Shown piece by piece: positions 29,696 to 40,560 of a stretch of 64,000 nt of DNA (positions are counted from its first letter, which is position 1; every line of letters starts with the position of its first letter). The notes beneath the pieces were generated by a model. It did no database searches. It saw nothing but the letters and a program-made list of their open reading frames with translations, and was not told the origin of the DNA. The DNA is from an uncultured Gammaproteobacteria bacterium (lineage in GTDB: Bacteria; Patescibacteriota; Patescibacteriia; Magasanikbacterales; UBA922): positions 70,038 to 134,037 of the forward strand of contig CAYFPM010000003.1 of assembly GCA_964345045.1 (NCBI GenBank), given 5' to 3'. Made by a program: the position numbers and the translations under genes.

Positions 29696-30634
29696 TTACA
29701 ATCTACTAGCAAAATTTTCTATTGTTTTTTGTAATCCATTTTCCAAATCAATATTAGGTTCCCAATCCAATATGTTTTTTGCTTTGGTTATGTCGGGTCT
29801 TCTTTGCATCGGGTCGTCTTCTCGAAACTCACCAGTATATTCTATTTTGCTACTACTTTTTGTTTGTTCTATAATTTTTTCTGCCAAGTCTTTGATAGTA
29901 AATTCAATTGGATTACCTAGATTTATAGGACCACTTACTTTTTTTTCAGAATCCATCATTTTTAGTAGTCCTTCTACCAAATCGTCTACATAACAAAAAC
30001 TTCTGGTTTGGCTACCGTCACCATCTACTCGCAGAGGTTCATTTTTCAAAGCTTGTAAAATAAAATTAGAAACTACTCTACCATCATTAAAAGCCATCCT
30101 TGGACCGTAAGTATTAAAAATTCTAATTACTTTGATATCCATCCCATGCATTCTATGATAATCAAAGCAAAGCGTTTCTGAACATCTTTTACCTTCGTCA
30201 TAACAAGCTCTTGGCCCAATAGTATTTACATTTCCTCTGTATTCTTCGGATTGTGGATCTACATTTGGGTCACCATAAACTTCCGAAGTTGAGGCTTGCA
30301 AAATAGTGGCACCATGTTTTCTAGCCAATCCCAACATGTTTATCATTCCAATTGTATTGGCTTTGATAGTTCTAACTGGATTTTTTTGATAATGTTCTGG
30401 AGCAGCCGGACAAGCCAAATTGTAAACTTGATCTATTTTTTCATCTATAAAAAAGGGTTCAATTATATCGTGTTCTATAAACGTAAAATTGTCTTTGGAA
30501 AGAAGATGTTCGATGTTATCTTTTGAACCTGTAAAAAGATTATCCAAACAAAAAACATGATGCCCCTCGGCCACCAATTTTTCTACCAAATGTGAACCAA
30601 TAAAGCCGGCTCCGCCGGTTACTAATATATTCAT
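29696..30634 (-). CDS. UDP-glucuronate decarboxylase (UDP-xylose synthase).
   Basis: The N-terminus reads MNILVTGGAGFIGSHLVEKLVAEGHHVFCLDNLFTGSKDNIEHL. The YNLACPAAPEHYQ and STSEVYGDP motifs are typical of UXS/ArnA decarboxylases. Confidence 0.85.
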   Translation of the reverse strand: MNILVTGGAGFIGSHLVEKLVAEGHHVFCLDNLFTGSKDNIEHLLSKDNFTFIEHDIIEPFFIDEKIDQVYNLACPAAPEHYQKNPVRTIKANTIGMINMLGLARKHGATILQASTSEVYGDPNVDPQSEEYRGNVNTIGPRACYDEGKRCSETLCFDYHRMHGMDIKVIRIFNTYGPRMAFNDGRVVSNFILQALKNEPLRVDGDGSQTRSFCYVDDLVEGLLKMMDSEKKVSGPINLGNPIEFTIKDLAEKIIEQTKSSSKIEYTGEFREDDPMQRRPDITKAKNILDWEPNIDLENGLQKTIENFASRL

Positions 30635-30703
30635 AATTATGAATTTTATAGAAAAAGCTCCCTACTGTCAAACGAACTAGAGAGTATTTTAGCCTTAATT
30701 TAG

Positions 30704-32464
30704 CTAAAATTCATAGATTAAAAAGGCTTTTTCTCCATTTTTTTTATTAATCTTTTTAGGAATAATCTCTCTCTCTTTCAAATAATTCTCTAGAAGTAAT
30801 CCAGAATCTCTTCTATTTGGAACCTTTCGAAGAAGCTCTTCATTATCTGCCGCAATGTAAATAAATTTTTCTACTCCCTGTTCTTTGTAAAATTTATCAA
30901 AAGTTTCGTTTGTAATATCTGCAAATTCTATATCCGAAAGAACTGGCCAACCATCATAAATAAGATGTCTTTGGAAATACCACAAACTAGGCAAAAATTT
31001 TAAATCCTTTTCAAAAATAATTACGATTGGCAAAGGTTTATCTCCTTTTTTTATTTTTTCTTTAATTCTTTTAGTTTGTAAATCTGCCAAAAACTGGTAC
31101 TCTGCTTGTCCGGCAAAATAAGTTACTCTGTTTTCCAAAATATCTTCCAAATATTCTCCTACTTCATTAAAACCAAAATTTTGTGTTTCTTCGTTTATTT
31201 GGGCATACGTTATATTTACTACTCCCCAACTATCTAATCGCAAAAATGAATTATACGAAAATAAAAATTCTACCAGAAAAATTATACTCAACACAGCAAA
31301 ACTTACAACTTTACCAAATTTAAAATTTCTAAAAAACTCAGAAACTCTCATTAAAGTAAAAGAGATCAACAAAATAAAAAATGGCACAATCATAGAAACA
31401 AATCTATAATTGGATCCAATTACAAAAAACCACAAGTAAAAAATAAAAGTACTCCCAAATAAAAATAACAAATTTTTATTAATATCTAACTTTTTTATCT
31501 TAGCTAGCTTGGTAATAATTTTGGAAGAAAAAAGAAGCCTAGCAGAAACAACCCAAATAGAGACTACGGTAAGGAGACCAAACAACAAATTAGTAGCATA
31601 ATGCATGGCTGCAAAAAAATAAGTAAACCTGGTTTCGAGTCCACCAACCAAATTTCTTCCCAACCTTACCTGCCACTCCGGTACATTTTGCCCAAAAGCC
31701 GCCGAAAGCTGAAAATCAAAATGTCCTCTAGAATTGTAAAGAGCCAAGTTATATATAGAAGAAGGAGCCGTCACCAAAAAGAAGACAATCAAACCTTGCC
31801 AAAAATTTTTATCTTTATAAAATTTTATTTTGAAAAGTAAAATATACCAAAGAAGAATCGGCATAATCACCAAAATTGTATACTTGGTTATAATCCCTAC
31901 CCCAAAACACAACCAAAACCAAAGCCAATTTTTGGAGTTATCTTTTGTCTGCAAAAGAAAATAAAAACTGGCCAAGATTAATAAAATGACTACGCTTTCT
32001 TGAAGCCCCAGTCTTGACACAAAAAGATTGTAAGAATTAACAGCTAATAAAGCCGCCGACAAAAGTCCTACTTTTTTACCAAATAATTTTTTCCCTACCA
32101 AAAATATCATGACGATACTGGCCAAACCAGCCAATATAGATGGAAATCTTACTGCAAACAAAGTCACCCCAAATATTTTTATTGATAAATTTTGCAACAA
32201 AAAAAAGAATACAGGATGATCATGAAAAGAAAGATGTGCCCACCAAGGAACTTCTTCAAACCATTGCCAAGGAGTTGGTTGTTGTGGAGCAGCATCATAA
32301 TCTATCATTTCTATAGCTCGAAAAGCCAAAACTGTTTCGTCCAAATAACTATCGTGCCAACTAATATGATAAAATCTTAAGCCTGCTCCCAAAAACAAAA
32401 TTAAAGATAAACTGATAAAAATCTTCTTTTCAGACTTAATTTTTTGCCAAAATTTATTGATCAT
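30704..32464 (-). CDS. GT-C family membrane glycosyltransferase (ArnT/PMT-like).
   Basis: It is a 586-aa protein with an N-terminal polytopic domain and a C-terminal soluble domain. It is the fifth GT-C paralogue in the window. Confidence 0.7.
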   Translation of the reverse strand: MINKFWQKIKSEKKIFISLSLILFLGAGLRFYHISWHDSYLDETVLAFRAIEMIDYDAAPQQPTPWQWFEEVPWWAHLSFHDHPVFFFLLQNLSIKIFGVTLFAVRFPSILAGLASIVMIFLVGKKLFGKKVGLLSAALLAVNSYNLFVSRLGLQESVVILLILASFYFLLQTKDNSKNWLWFWLCFGVGIITKYTILVIMPILLWYILLFKIKFYKDKNFWQGLIVFFLVTAPSSIYNLALYNSRGHFDFQLSAAFGQNVPEWQVRLGRNLVGGLETRFTYFFAAMHYATNLLFGLLTVVSIWVVSARLLFSSKIITKLAKIKKLDINKNLLFLFGSTFIFYLWFFVIGSNYRFVSMIVPFFILLISFTLMRVSEFFRNFKFGKVVSFAVLSIIFLVEFLFSYNSFLRLDSWGVVNITYAQINEETQNFGFNEVGEYLEDILENRVTYFAGQAEYQFLADLQTKRIKEKIKKGDKPLPIVIIFEKDLKFLPSLWYFQRHLIYDGWPVLSDIEFADITNETFDKFYKEQGVEKFIYIAADNEELLRKVPNRRDSGLLLENYLKEREIIPKKINKKNGEKAFLIYEF

Positions 32465-32569
32465 AGACTGTTATTTTACCCCAATCTTAACTTAAAATAA
32501 ATAGAAAGCTATATGGACAAATCGGGTAAAAATATCTATACTAAGCTAAATTATATTTACAAAACGATG

Positions 32570-33712
32570 TCTATTAAAATACTATACGTAATTACCCAAA
32601 ACCATTGGGGTGGGGCCCAAAAATACATCTACGATCTGGCTACAAATTTGCCAGACTCTTTTGAAATTCATGTGGCAATTGGAGCAAAATCCAAGAACGA
32701 ATCTGCTGGACTAATAGAAAAAATAAAAAATAGTAATTATAAAATAACCCTCCACCAAATAGATAATCTAATTAGATCTATCTGCCCCAAAAAAGACATT
32801 GCCGCTATAAAAGATCTAAGAGATTTATACAAAAAACTAAAACCAGACATAGTCCACTTAAATAGTTCCAAAGCTAGTGTAATTGGGAGTTTGGCAAAAT
32901 TAGAAAATACAAAAATTGTTTATACTGCTCATGGTTGGGTTTTTAATGAACCTATGCCAAAAATAAAAAAGTCTATTTACAAAATGGCAGAAAAACACAG
33001 TGCCTCTAAAAAAGATCTTATAATTACTCTTTCGGATAAAGAATACAACCAAGCAATAAAAATACTAAAAATAAAAAAAGAAAAATTGCAAAAAATACAC
33101 ATTGGTGTGCCAGAAAAAAAATTATTATCAAAAACAGAAGCTAAGCAAAAATTAAAGTTAGACAAAAATAAAAAATTAATCTTTGGAACTATTGCTAATT
33201 TTTATCACACCAAAGGATACGATCTTCTATTAAAAGCACTAAAAAAAGAAAAAAATAATTTGAAAGATGCCCAGTTTTTATTTATCGGTGACGGACCAAA
33301 AAAAAATGAGGTAGAAAAATATATAGAAAAAAATAATTTAAAAAATCTGGTTACTATCACCGGATTTGTAAACGATGCTTCTAGCTTTATTAAGGCTTTT
33401 GATTTTTTTGTATTACCTTCTCGCAAAGAAGGGCTCCCCTACACGATCTTGGAATCTATGGTGGCCAAAGTACCCATTATTGCTACCAATGTAGGTGGGA
33501 ACAGTGAAATAATTGAAAATAAAAAGACGGGATTACTAATCCCGCCGGAAAGTATAAATGATTTATCTCAGGCTATTTTGTTTGCTTACAAAAACAAAGA
33601 ACAAATGGAGAAAATGGCAACTACTCTGTACAATGCAAAAAAAGAAAATTATTCTCTTGTAAAAATGTTGGATACTACTGTTCAATCGTACTATTCAATA
33701 CTGAAGCCCTAA
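32570..33712 (+). CDS. Glycosyltransferase family 4.
   Basis: MSIKILYVITQNHWGGAQKY and EGLPYTILESMVAKVPIIATNVGGNSEII are present. The start is set at MSIKIL rather than the ORF-track Met 19 codons upstream. Confidence 0.8.
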   Translation, partial: SIKILYVITQNHWGGAQKYIYDLATNLPDSFEIHVAIGAKSKNESAGLIEKIKNSNYKITLHQIDNLIRSICPKKDIAAIKDLRDLYKKLKPDIVHLNSSKASVIGSLAKLENTKIVYTAHGWVFNEPMPKIKKSIYKMAEKHSASKKDLIITLSDKEYNQAIKILKIKKEKLQKIHIGVPEKKLLSKTEAKQKLKLDKNKKLIFGTIANFYHTKGYDLLLKALKKEKNNLKDAQFLFIGDGPKKNEVEKYIEKNNLKNLVTITGFVNDASSFIKAFDFFVLPSRKEGLPYTILESMVAKVPIIATNVGGNSEIIENKKTGLLIPPESINDLSQAILFAYKNKEQMEKMATTLYNAKKENYSLVKMLDTTVQSYYSILKP

Positions 33713-35705
33713 TTTGATTCTCAACATTTAAACCTTCTTCTGTAAAAGATACCTTTTTCTCTTTGGCTTCGTCCAAAATTTCTATAGATTTTTCTTTGTT
33801 TCCAATTGCATTTTCAAGGAGTGCCAATCTCCACCAACCCTCACCGATTCTTGGATCATCGTCTATAGATTGTTGATATAGGGCTCTGGCTTCATCTACT
33901 TTTTGTAGTTGGACTTTAATTCCAGCCAAAGTAAATATTAACTGTTGTCTTTTTGGAGAAATTTGCAAAGCTTCTTCTGCAACAGACTCTGCTTCTAAGA
34001 GATGAACTTTGTTGCCAGACAAATTAGCTACTGTTTGCAACATTATAGATTGCTGAGCATGAATTCTTACATCTCCTGGATGTAATTCTTTATTTTTATT
34101 GTAGCCTTCATTCGCTACTTCAAACAAATTCTGTGCCAATGGAGATTTATTGGCCTGTACATATTTGTGCAAATTGGCGCTTACAGCTCTACCATAATCA
34201 TTTCTTATATCATCTATATGAGGGGTTGGAATGCTGGTGGCGTAGTCATAAGCCCCTCTAGAATCAAACAGAGAATGTGTTTCTCGTATCGCTACAATAG
34301 TGGCCATATTAGCTCTGGCTGGATTAATATTGGTGCTATAGATAAGCAGCAAAATCACCAAAGTAGTTGTAGCAGTAACTCCAACCGATAAATCTACTTT
34401 GGCACTGCCCACCGAATTAGTTATTTTTTCTTTGCTAATCTGTGAGTTTAAAAACGCCAAAGTAAAAAAGAAATAAAGATAAGAAGTAGGGTTTTCGAAT
34501 ACCGATACAGTTTGCACAAGATGAGCCAAGAAAAAAGCGGTGCCAACTGCAACTATATGAATATCTATTTTTTCTTTTTTGTAAGCTTGCCACAAATAAT
34601 AAATCGTTACACCATATATCCCAAAAAATATTACAACCCCGAGCAAACCTCTTTCGGCCAAAGTATTCAAAGCAATATTGTGAGCATTATCAAACCAGGT
34701 TTCACCATAACCAAATCGTAAAAATTCCGGTCTATAATGCGTATTGAACGCGTAATAAAAATTAGAAGGCCCCCAACCCAAAATAGGTTTTTCTGTCCAA
34801 CTTTTTATAGCTATCCCCCACGCCATGGGTCTGGTACTAGTAGCTTTTAGAGGATCTCTTACCAATCTGGCTACAGCCGATGGCATTTTGTCTACAAAAG
34901 TAGAATCTCTAAACATCCAAAGAGCCCCAAAAGCAACTGCCCCCAAAATTACAAAAGCAAAAAAACCTTTTTTAAGTTTTTCGTTCTTTTTGTTTGCAAG
35001 TACATAAGAAAGCAAAAGAAAGAAAATACCAGCAGCAAAACCCAAAAAGGCACCTCTAGATCCACTAAAAAATATTCCCAAAACACCCAATAGCCCGGCA
35101 AAAGCGGCAAACCATTTCCAATAATCATGGTTCTCTTTTACATAAAGGAGCCAACCAATAGCAGACATAAACAGCCCATAACCACCAACATAAATTGGGT
35201 TACCCAAACTAGACGAGGTTCTCGAGCCACTTTTGTTCAAGAAAAAATCCGGATCTATCCTCTGCATAGCCGCAATCAACATCACCAAACTTCCGCCTAT
35301 CATAAAAAATCTCATCAACCATTTCCAATCTTTCCATTCTGTAACCACAGAAGACAATATGTAGTAATAGATTACATAATGCAAAACCGAAAACAACCCC
35401 AACATACGTTCGTGGTTGTCCCAAAAACTTCTATAAGAATCTACTCCAAAAAAAGTAGAAATAGAAAAACTTAATATAAAAAGACCAACTATAATATTTA
35501 TAGGTGTGAGTTTTGGTTTGAAACGACTCCAATGTAAAGAAAGCAAGATTGTGTATGCTCCAAGCAAAACCAAGACCAATATTCTAAAAGCAATTACTTT
35601 TGGAACAACAAAAGGAAAGATAAAATATCTAGGTAAAAAAAGTAAAGGTATAAAAAAAGTAAATACTGTAAAAAATTTTATTAAAAACTCTAATCTCTTT
35701 TTCAT
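33675..35705 (-). CDS. O-antigen ligase (Wzy_C) family polytopic membrane protein fused to C-terminal TPR repeats.
   Basis: The N-terminal roughly 430 aa are multi-TM with a Wzy_C-like loop. The C-terminal roughly 200 aa are TPR-like helical repeats. Confidence 0.8.
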   Translation of the reverse strand: MKKRLEFLIKFFTVFTFFIPLLFLPRYFIFPFVVPKVIAFRILVLVLLGAYTILLSLHWSRFKPKLTPINIIVGLFILSFSISTFFGVDSYRSFWDNHERMLGLFSVLHYVIYYYILSSVVTEWKDWKWLMRFFMIGGSLVMLIAAMQRIDPDFFLNKSGSRTSSSLGNPIYVGGYGLFMSAIGWLLYVKENHDYWKWFAAFAGLLGVLGIFFSGSRGAFLGFAAGIFFLLLSYVLANKKNEKLKKGFFAFVILGAVAFGALWMFRDSTFVDKMPSAVARLVRDPLKATSTRPMAWGIAIKSWTEKPILGWGPSNFYYAFNTHYRPEFLRFGYGETWFDNAHNIALNTLAERGLLGVVIFFGIYGVTIYYLWQAYKKEKIDIHIVAVGTAFFLAHLVQTVSVFENPTSYLYFFFTLAFLNSQISKEKITNSVGSAKVDLSVGVTATTTLVILLLIYSTNINPARANMATIVAIRETHSLFDSRGAYDYATSIPTPHIDDIRNDYGRAVSANLHKYVQANKSPLAQNLFEVANEGYNKNKELHPGDVRIHAQQSIMLQTVANLSGNKVHLLEAESVAEEALQISPKRQQLIFTLAGIKVQLQKVDEARALYQQSIDDDPRIGEGWWRLALLENAIGNKEKSIEILDEAKEKKVSFTEEGLNVENQIRASVLNSTIEQ

Positions 35706-35731
35706 AAACCTTTCTTTATTTACTTTTTAAA

Positions 35732-36406
35732 TTATTTTTTATAGTGGCCCCATTTTTGTTGATAAACTGAGTTATCTGGATATTTATCTAATAGTTCCTC
35801 TGCCACTAGTTTAGCCTTATCTTTCATATCAAATTTTTCATAAAATCTGATAGCGTGCACCAACAAATCTTGATTATTATCAGTTGCGTTAATCCCTTTT
35901 ACAATAGTTTCTTCTGCTTCGTCTACTTTGTCCATTAGTCCATACTGCATTCTGGATAAAACTATATAGATATCAGCATTTACCGAATTAACTTCGGAAG
36001 CAAGTCTATAGTATTCTTCTGCTTTAGTATAATCTTTTAAATTACTTCTATATACTTCGGCGATATTTCGGTAGCCCAAAATATTGTTACTCTGTAATAC
36101 CAAAGAATTTTGGAAAGCTTCTATAGCTCCTTCGTAATCCTCAAGCAAAATTCTAAAATTACCTATTTCTATCCAAGCTTCCCAAGCATTGGGATTTTCG
36201 TTATAAAATTTCTTAACTTTTTCTAATTTTTCCAAAGTAACTCTTTTTTCATCCTCACCAAAACTGGTGGGGACCTCAAAACCGATAAAAGGATCTTTAC
36301 CCAGACTATTTCCTCCATTATTTAGGCTTTGTCTATATTGATAAAAAATAAACAAACCTGCCATCAAAATAACCAGTAATATACCAATATATAATTTTTT
36401 ATTCAT
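35732..36406 (-). CDS. TPR-repeat protein with an N-terminal membrane anchor.
   Basis: The N-terminus MNKKLYIGILLVILMAGLFIFY is a TM segment. Several TPR-like repeats follow (AWEAWIEIGNFRILLEDYEGAIEAFQNSL...). Confidence 0.7.
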   Translation of the reverse strand: MNKKLYIGILLVILMAGLFIFYQYRQSLNNGGNSLGKDPFIGFEVPTSFGEDEKRVTLEKLEKVKKFYNENPNAWEAWIEIGNFRILLEDYEGAIEAFQNSLVLQSNNILGYRNIAEVYRSNLKDYTKAEEYYRLASEVNSVNADIYIVLSRMQYGLMDKVDEAEETIVKGINATDNNQDLLVHAIRFYEKFDMKDKAKLVAEELLDKYPDNSVYQQKWGHYKK

Positions 36407-36454
36407 AAATATAAATTTTTAAGCCCCTCGATTATATCACGTAGACCTAGGCAA

Positions 36455-36500
36455 AACAACCCCAAAAACAAAACCACCCCGATTTATAACCGGGGTGGTT
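36455..36500 (-). terminator. Intrinsic terminator downstream of the large surface-protein gene.
   Basis: AACCACCCCGatttataacCGGGGTGGTT is a 10-bp stem. On the minus strand it is followed by ttgtttttgggg. Confidence 0.7.
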
Positions 36501-36540
36501 TGTTTTCACTAAACTACCGTTTCTAAGTAAGAAAATTTAC

Positions 36541-39500
36541 TTAGAGAGATAGAACTGCAGGTGTACTTGAGTTGGAGTTCAATCCAGAAACAAGGTAACC
36601 GTTGGTCCAGTCGTTAGTTGTAGTTGCGTGAGTTCCTAGGTGACGGTCAGACCAGATGAAGTCATCGTGTAGACCACTATCGATGTTAGTTACTGTAGAC
36701 ATCAATGTAGCACCTAGAGAGGTTGAACTACCGTTGGTTGATGAAGCATCTGCAAAAGCAGCGTCACCACCAAGACGAGTAGAAATAGAGTCACCAGAGC
36801 TAGCTCCGGAAACAGTACCACGAAGAACGAAGGTACGAGGAGCAGTCTTAGATACACGTACTTCTCTAGCACCTTGGCTTAGACCACCTTCTTCGCTGGT
36901 GTTCAAGTTAACTTCTAGGAATCCGCCTCCACCAATTGAAGTGCTGTCTGCAGATTGTGAGAACAACAAGTCGTCTGGTGAATTTGTAATGTCGTAAACT
37001 TCGAAGTTAGTTACTGTTACAGATGAAGTTGTAACATCGAATGTGAATTTAGCCACACCGATATCACCTGTGTTAGCAGTTACTTTAAACTTGAACAAGT
37101 CGTTTACACCGTTTGTAAGTGTAGAACCAATTGGAAGCTGTGTAATTGTAGGTACAGCAGCGTACAAGTAGTGAGTATTTCCGTTAGGAGCATCGCTACC
37201 TAGGTATTCTACACTACCACTTCCGGTTAGATCACCCTTACCTTCGATGTCTCCGGCAGCGGCGATGTTGAAACCAACAGCATGACCACCAACTGTTACG
37301 TTTTGGTTGCTGGCAACCACGCTTAGGTCAGCTTTTAGGTATACAATCATACCGTCTGTATCATCTTTGTCTACAACGAAAGCGTCGTTGGCAAATTTGA
37401 TAACAGGGGTTGTACTTGTAGGTTGTACGCTTCCCAATCTTACACCATCTTCGTCTTCAAGATACAGCAAGCTGTAATCGTTGTAAGATGAACTGCTGGT
37501 GTCTGTTACACGTTGTGTAAACATGATTTGTTCGATTTCTACATCTTCTGTAGATGTAGCTAGGAATACGAATGATGCCAAAGTAGCACCAGTTGTACCA
37601 CCTGCGAACAATCTGGCAGTTGGGTTAGCACTGTCAGAAGAAACCTGAACAGTACCACCAGAAGTACCAACAGTCATAGCTTGACCACTAGCAGAGTCGA
37701 TAACTTCGCTCACGCTAGAATTGGTGTCTACACCATTGGCAGTTACTTGGTTGGCAGAAGCAGTAGCAAAAGTGTGAGTACCGGCAGTAGCACCACCAGC
37801 GATGTCTACACGTACTTCTACTACAAGCTTAGCACCTTTTTTAACAACGAATTGATCGTCACCACTTAGGTTGAAGGTGAAGTTTTCGTCATTACCGGCA
37901 GTAGCGTCACTACCATTTTGAACTTCGGCTAGTACTTCTACAGTACCAGAACCGTTGAAAGAGTCACCATCTTTGTCAACCCAAAGACGGATGTTTTGTA
38001 GATCTTGAGTAATGGCTGTAGCACTAGTTGTGTCGCTTACGATCAACTGAGTAACTTTCATGTCCTCAGAAGAACCGGCAGCGTCCAACTGAACTTTGGC
38101 TACCAATACTCCACTTGTACCAGGAGCATAAGTCTGTGCTGGAGGTGTAGACAAAGTTGTTACACGCAAAGCAGCAGTCTTAATGGTTTGAGCATTAGCA
38201 CTTACTGCTGACTGTGGAGTAGCATAAGTACCTAGAGTAATAGTGTCACCACTATCTACACCAGTAGCGTCAAAGTTTGTAGTATTACGCATGTCGATAG
38301 CAAATGTAACTGTGTCATCTGCTACAGGAGTAGAATCAATATTGGCCTTTAGGGTTACAATATTGTCTCCTGGTTGTAGAGTAATAGTGTCTGTTGAAGT
38401 GGCATAACCAACTCCAGCAGTAGAACCTACACCATCAACACCACCAGTAAGAGCATTTCCTTCTGCATCGTACAGAATCAAACTGTCAAATGCTTCTGGA
38501 GCAGCAGTACCAGTAGTGGTAATTCTAAAGGTCAAGGTAGAAATATCTACAGCTTCACCAGTTACGTGGAAGTTCCAAGAAGCCAAAGCAACATTGCTTA
38601 CATCTTCTGGAACGTCTTGAGTTTGTACGTCATTTACCTTGGTAACGTTAATTTTACCTTGGGAAATAGTAATAGTGTTAGTCAAAGCACTAGCACTGTT
38701 GGTTGGAGATCTGTAGTAGTTACTATTTAGATCTTTGGCCAATACGTGTGAAACTCTCTTAACGTCCAAGTTAACAGTTCTAGAAGAACCGGCAACTAGG
38801 TCACCGTATACGTCAAAGGTTCTGTTTTTACCTTTTTCTAGCATACAGTCGCTACCACAGGCAGACAAATCAAAGTTGATGTATTTGTCTTTCAATTCTC
38901 CGGTGGCAATAACATTGTTATTGTAGCGAAGTTCGATGTTTTGTACATCGTCATCACTAGAAGTACCAGAGTTGTTCAACATGATACGTTCAATTTGGAA
39001 GTCTTCTGTAGCAACAGTTACTTTCAAACTAGCCAAGTGTACGTCTGTGGTACCTACTTGTTTTGTAGAATTACCAACAGAAGTACCTTCTGCTACAATA
39101 ACAGTACCCAAAGTTACACCAGAGTTCATAGTTACAGCATTACCATCTAGTGGCAAGTTGCCTACAACTGTAGAGTCGGTGTCAATGCTGTAAAGTTCTA
39201 GACTTGGGATGTTTCCACCACCAACAGAACTAGCCATGTCACCTACCAAGGTGTAAGTTTCGGTTTGTCCACTCTTGATAGTAATGTCTTCTGTGAAGGT
39301 TACAAGACTATCAGAGTTAAGAGTTTTACCAGATTCATTCAATAGGTCACCGTTTTCGTCAACTACGTTGATTTTACTAAAATCAGAGTCAACAGCGATG
39401 TTTCCACCACGTTTAACCATGAATGATTTGATAACTACATCACCACCGCTAGCAGTAAATCTAACTTTGGTGAAAGGAACACGAACAGCACTTTTTACTG

Positions 39501-40329
39501 CAAATGTTCCACTTGGTGTGTCGGCAGCCAAAGCAACAGTCAAAGTACCGCTAGAAACAGTACCTTCACCTTCTTCTTCGCCAGGACCTACTACTCCGTC
39601 ACCAGCACCCTGTGTAGGATCACTGTAAACGCTAGCAGCAGTTTTTGAACCAGAAGCTTCTGGAACGCTGTCTAGAACAGATTGAGAGACAGTTTGAACT
39701 TCTGAACTTTTTACAGTTCCGTCAACCATCATTCTTTCACCATTCTCTACATAGTATACGTCACTGCTACCACTGGTTTTTACAAACATACCATCGTGTG
39801 GAGTTGATTCTGTCAACTCATCACCACGAGATACGTAGTTTGGCCAGAATGGATCAGCGATGTCATATACTTTTTTAGCCCAATCGCTTCCGTATAGTTC
39901 GCGAGCTACTTGCTCACTACCAATTTTTGAGATTTTGTTGCCTGGTTCTACAACGTATACGCTTGGTGAAATTTGTACTTTTACCAAAGCTGAACCAGCT
40001 CTGAAGTTGACACCGAAAGGAGCACTTGAAGGTGCTGGGTAAGCGTCAACACAGGTTGTTGGGATTTCTTGTACACCAGAGAAATCTTCGTACCATGTAC
40101 GATATACTTCTGATTTAGGGAAGTACATGCGTTCCATGTCAGAGTTTAGAAGGTATACAGCACTGTTACCAGGAACTTTGAACAAGTCACCGGCTTCTAG
40201 TGTAGGACATTCTTCTGCAGCATGAGCTACCATTGGCACAAGGGCAGCAATACCCATGCTCCAAAGGATAGTTGTTACTACAACTGACCATGTGAAAGCT
40301 TTCTTTCCCATTTGAATTGCATTCGCCAT
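36541..40329 (-). CDS. Large secreted surface protein (1262 aa), S-layer/adhesin-like. It is Thr/Ser/Gly/Val-rich with repeated beta-sandwich (Ig/BIG-like) regions.
   Basis: A signal peptide is present (MANAIQMGKKAFTWSVVVTTILWSMGIAALVPMVAHA|AEE). Complexity is low and there are many short repeats such as TVTxxDV. It has its own terminator and a 230-nt leader. Confidence 0.85.
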   Translation of the reverse strand: MANAIQMGKKAFTWSVVVTTILWSMGIAALVPMVAHAAEECPTLEAGDLFKVPGNSAVYLLNSDMERMYFPKSEVYRTWYEDFSGVQEIPTTCVDAYPAPSSAPFGVNFRAGSALVKVQISPSVYVVEPGNKISKIGSEQVARELYGSDWAKKVYDIADPFWPNYVSRGDELTESTPHDGMFVKTSGSSDVYYVENGERMMVDGTVKSSEVQTVSQSVLDSVPEASGSKTAASVYSDPTQGAGDGVVGPGEEEGEGTVSSGTLTVALAADTPSGTFAVKSAVRVPFTKVRFTASGGDVVIKSFMVKRGGNIAVDSDFSKINVVDENGDLLNESGKTLNSDSLVTFTEDITIKSGQTETYTLVGDMASSVGGGNIPSLELYSIDTDSTVVGNLPLDGNAVTMNSGVTLGTVIVAEGTSVGNSTKQVGTTDVHLASLKVTVATEDFQIERIMLNNSGTSSDDDVQNIELRYNNNVIATGELKDKYINFDLSACGSDCMLEKGKNRTFDVYGDLVAGSSRTVNLDVKRVSHVLAKDLNSNYYRSPTNSASALTNTITISQGKINVTKVNDVQTQDVPEDVSNVALASWNFHVTGEAVDISTLTFRITTTGTAAPEAFDSLILYDAEGNALTGGVDGVGSTAGVGYATSTDTITLQPGDNIVTLKANIDSTPVADDTVTFAIDMRNTTNFDATGVDSGDTITLGTYATPQSAVSANAQTIKTAALRVTTLSTPPAQTYAPGTSGVLVAKVQLDAAGSSEDMKVTQLIVSDTTSATAITQDLQNIRLWVDKDGDSFNGSGTVEVLAEVQNGSDATAGNDENFTFNLSGDDQFVVKKGAKLVVEVRVDIAGGATAGTHTFATASANQVTANGVDTNSSVSEVIDSASGQAMTVGTSGGTVQVSSDSANPTARLFAGGTTGATLASFVFLATSTEDVEIEQIMFTQRVTDTSSSSYNDYSLLYLEDEDGVRLGSVQPTSTTPVIKFANDAFVVDKDDTDGMIVYLKADLSVVASNQNVTVGGHAVGFNIAAAGDIEGKGDLTGSGSVEYLGSDAPNGNTHYLYAAVPTITQLPIGSTLTNGVNDLFKFKVTANTGDIGVAKFTFDVTTSSVTVTNFEVYDITNSPDDLLFSQSADSTSIGGGGFLEVNLNTSEEGGLSQGAREVRVSKTAPRTFVLRGTVSGASSGDSISTRLGGDAAFADASSTNGSSTSLGATLMSTVTNIDSGLHDDFIWSDRHLGTHATTTNDWTNGYLVSGLNSNSSTPAVLSL

Positions 40330-40560
40330 AATTAATTTAATTTCTTTACGTCCCCACGCAATCTGAGTATTCAGACGTCAGGGAGATAAAGTTAGTTTTA
40401 CAACGCACATAACGGCTCGGACCGAACCTCGACCTTTGCTACGCGCTTATGCCCGATTTTATCCTCGTTTAGAGGAACCACCATTACTGTATGGCATTAG
40501 AGAGTCCAATTTGAACTAACTAATGCCACACAGTAAAGTGTTCGGACAAATTAATAAAAA
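40330..40560 (-). promoter_or_regulatory. Long, relatively GC-rich structured leader/promoter region upstream of the surface-protein gene.
   Basis: The 230 nt are non-coding. On the minus strand they contain a 9-bp inverted repeat (TGGCATTAG...CTAATGCCA) and other hairpins. The exact TSS is unknown. Confidence 0.4.
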
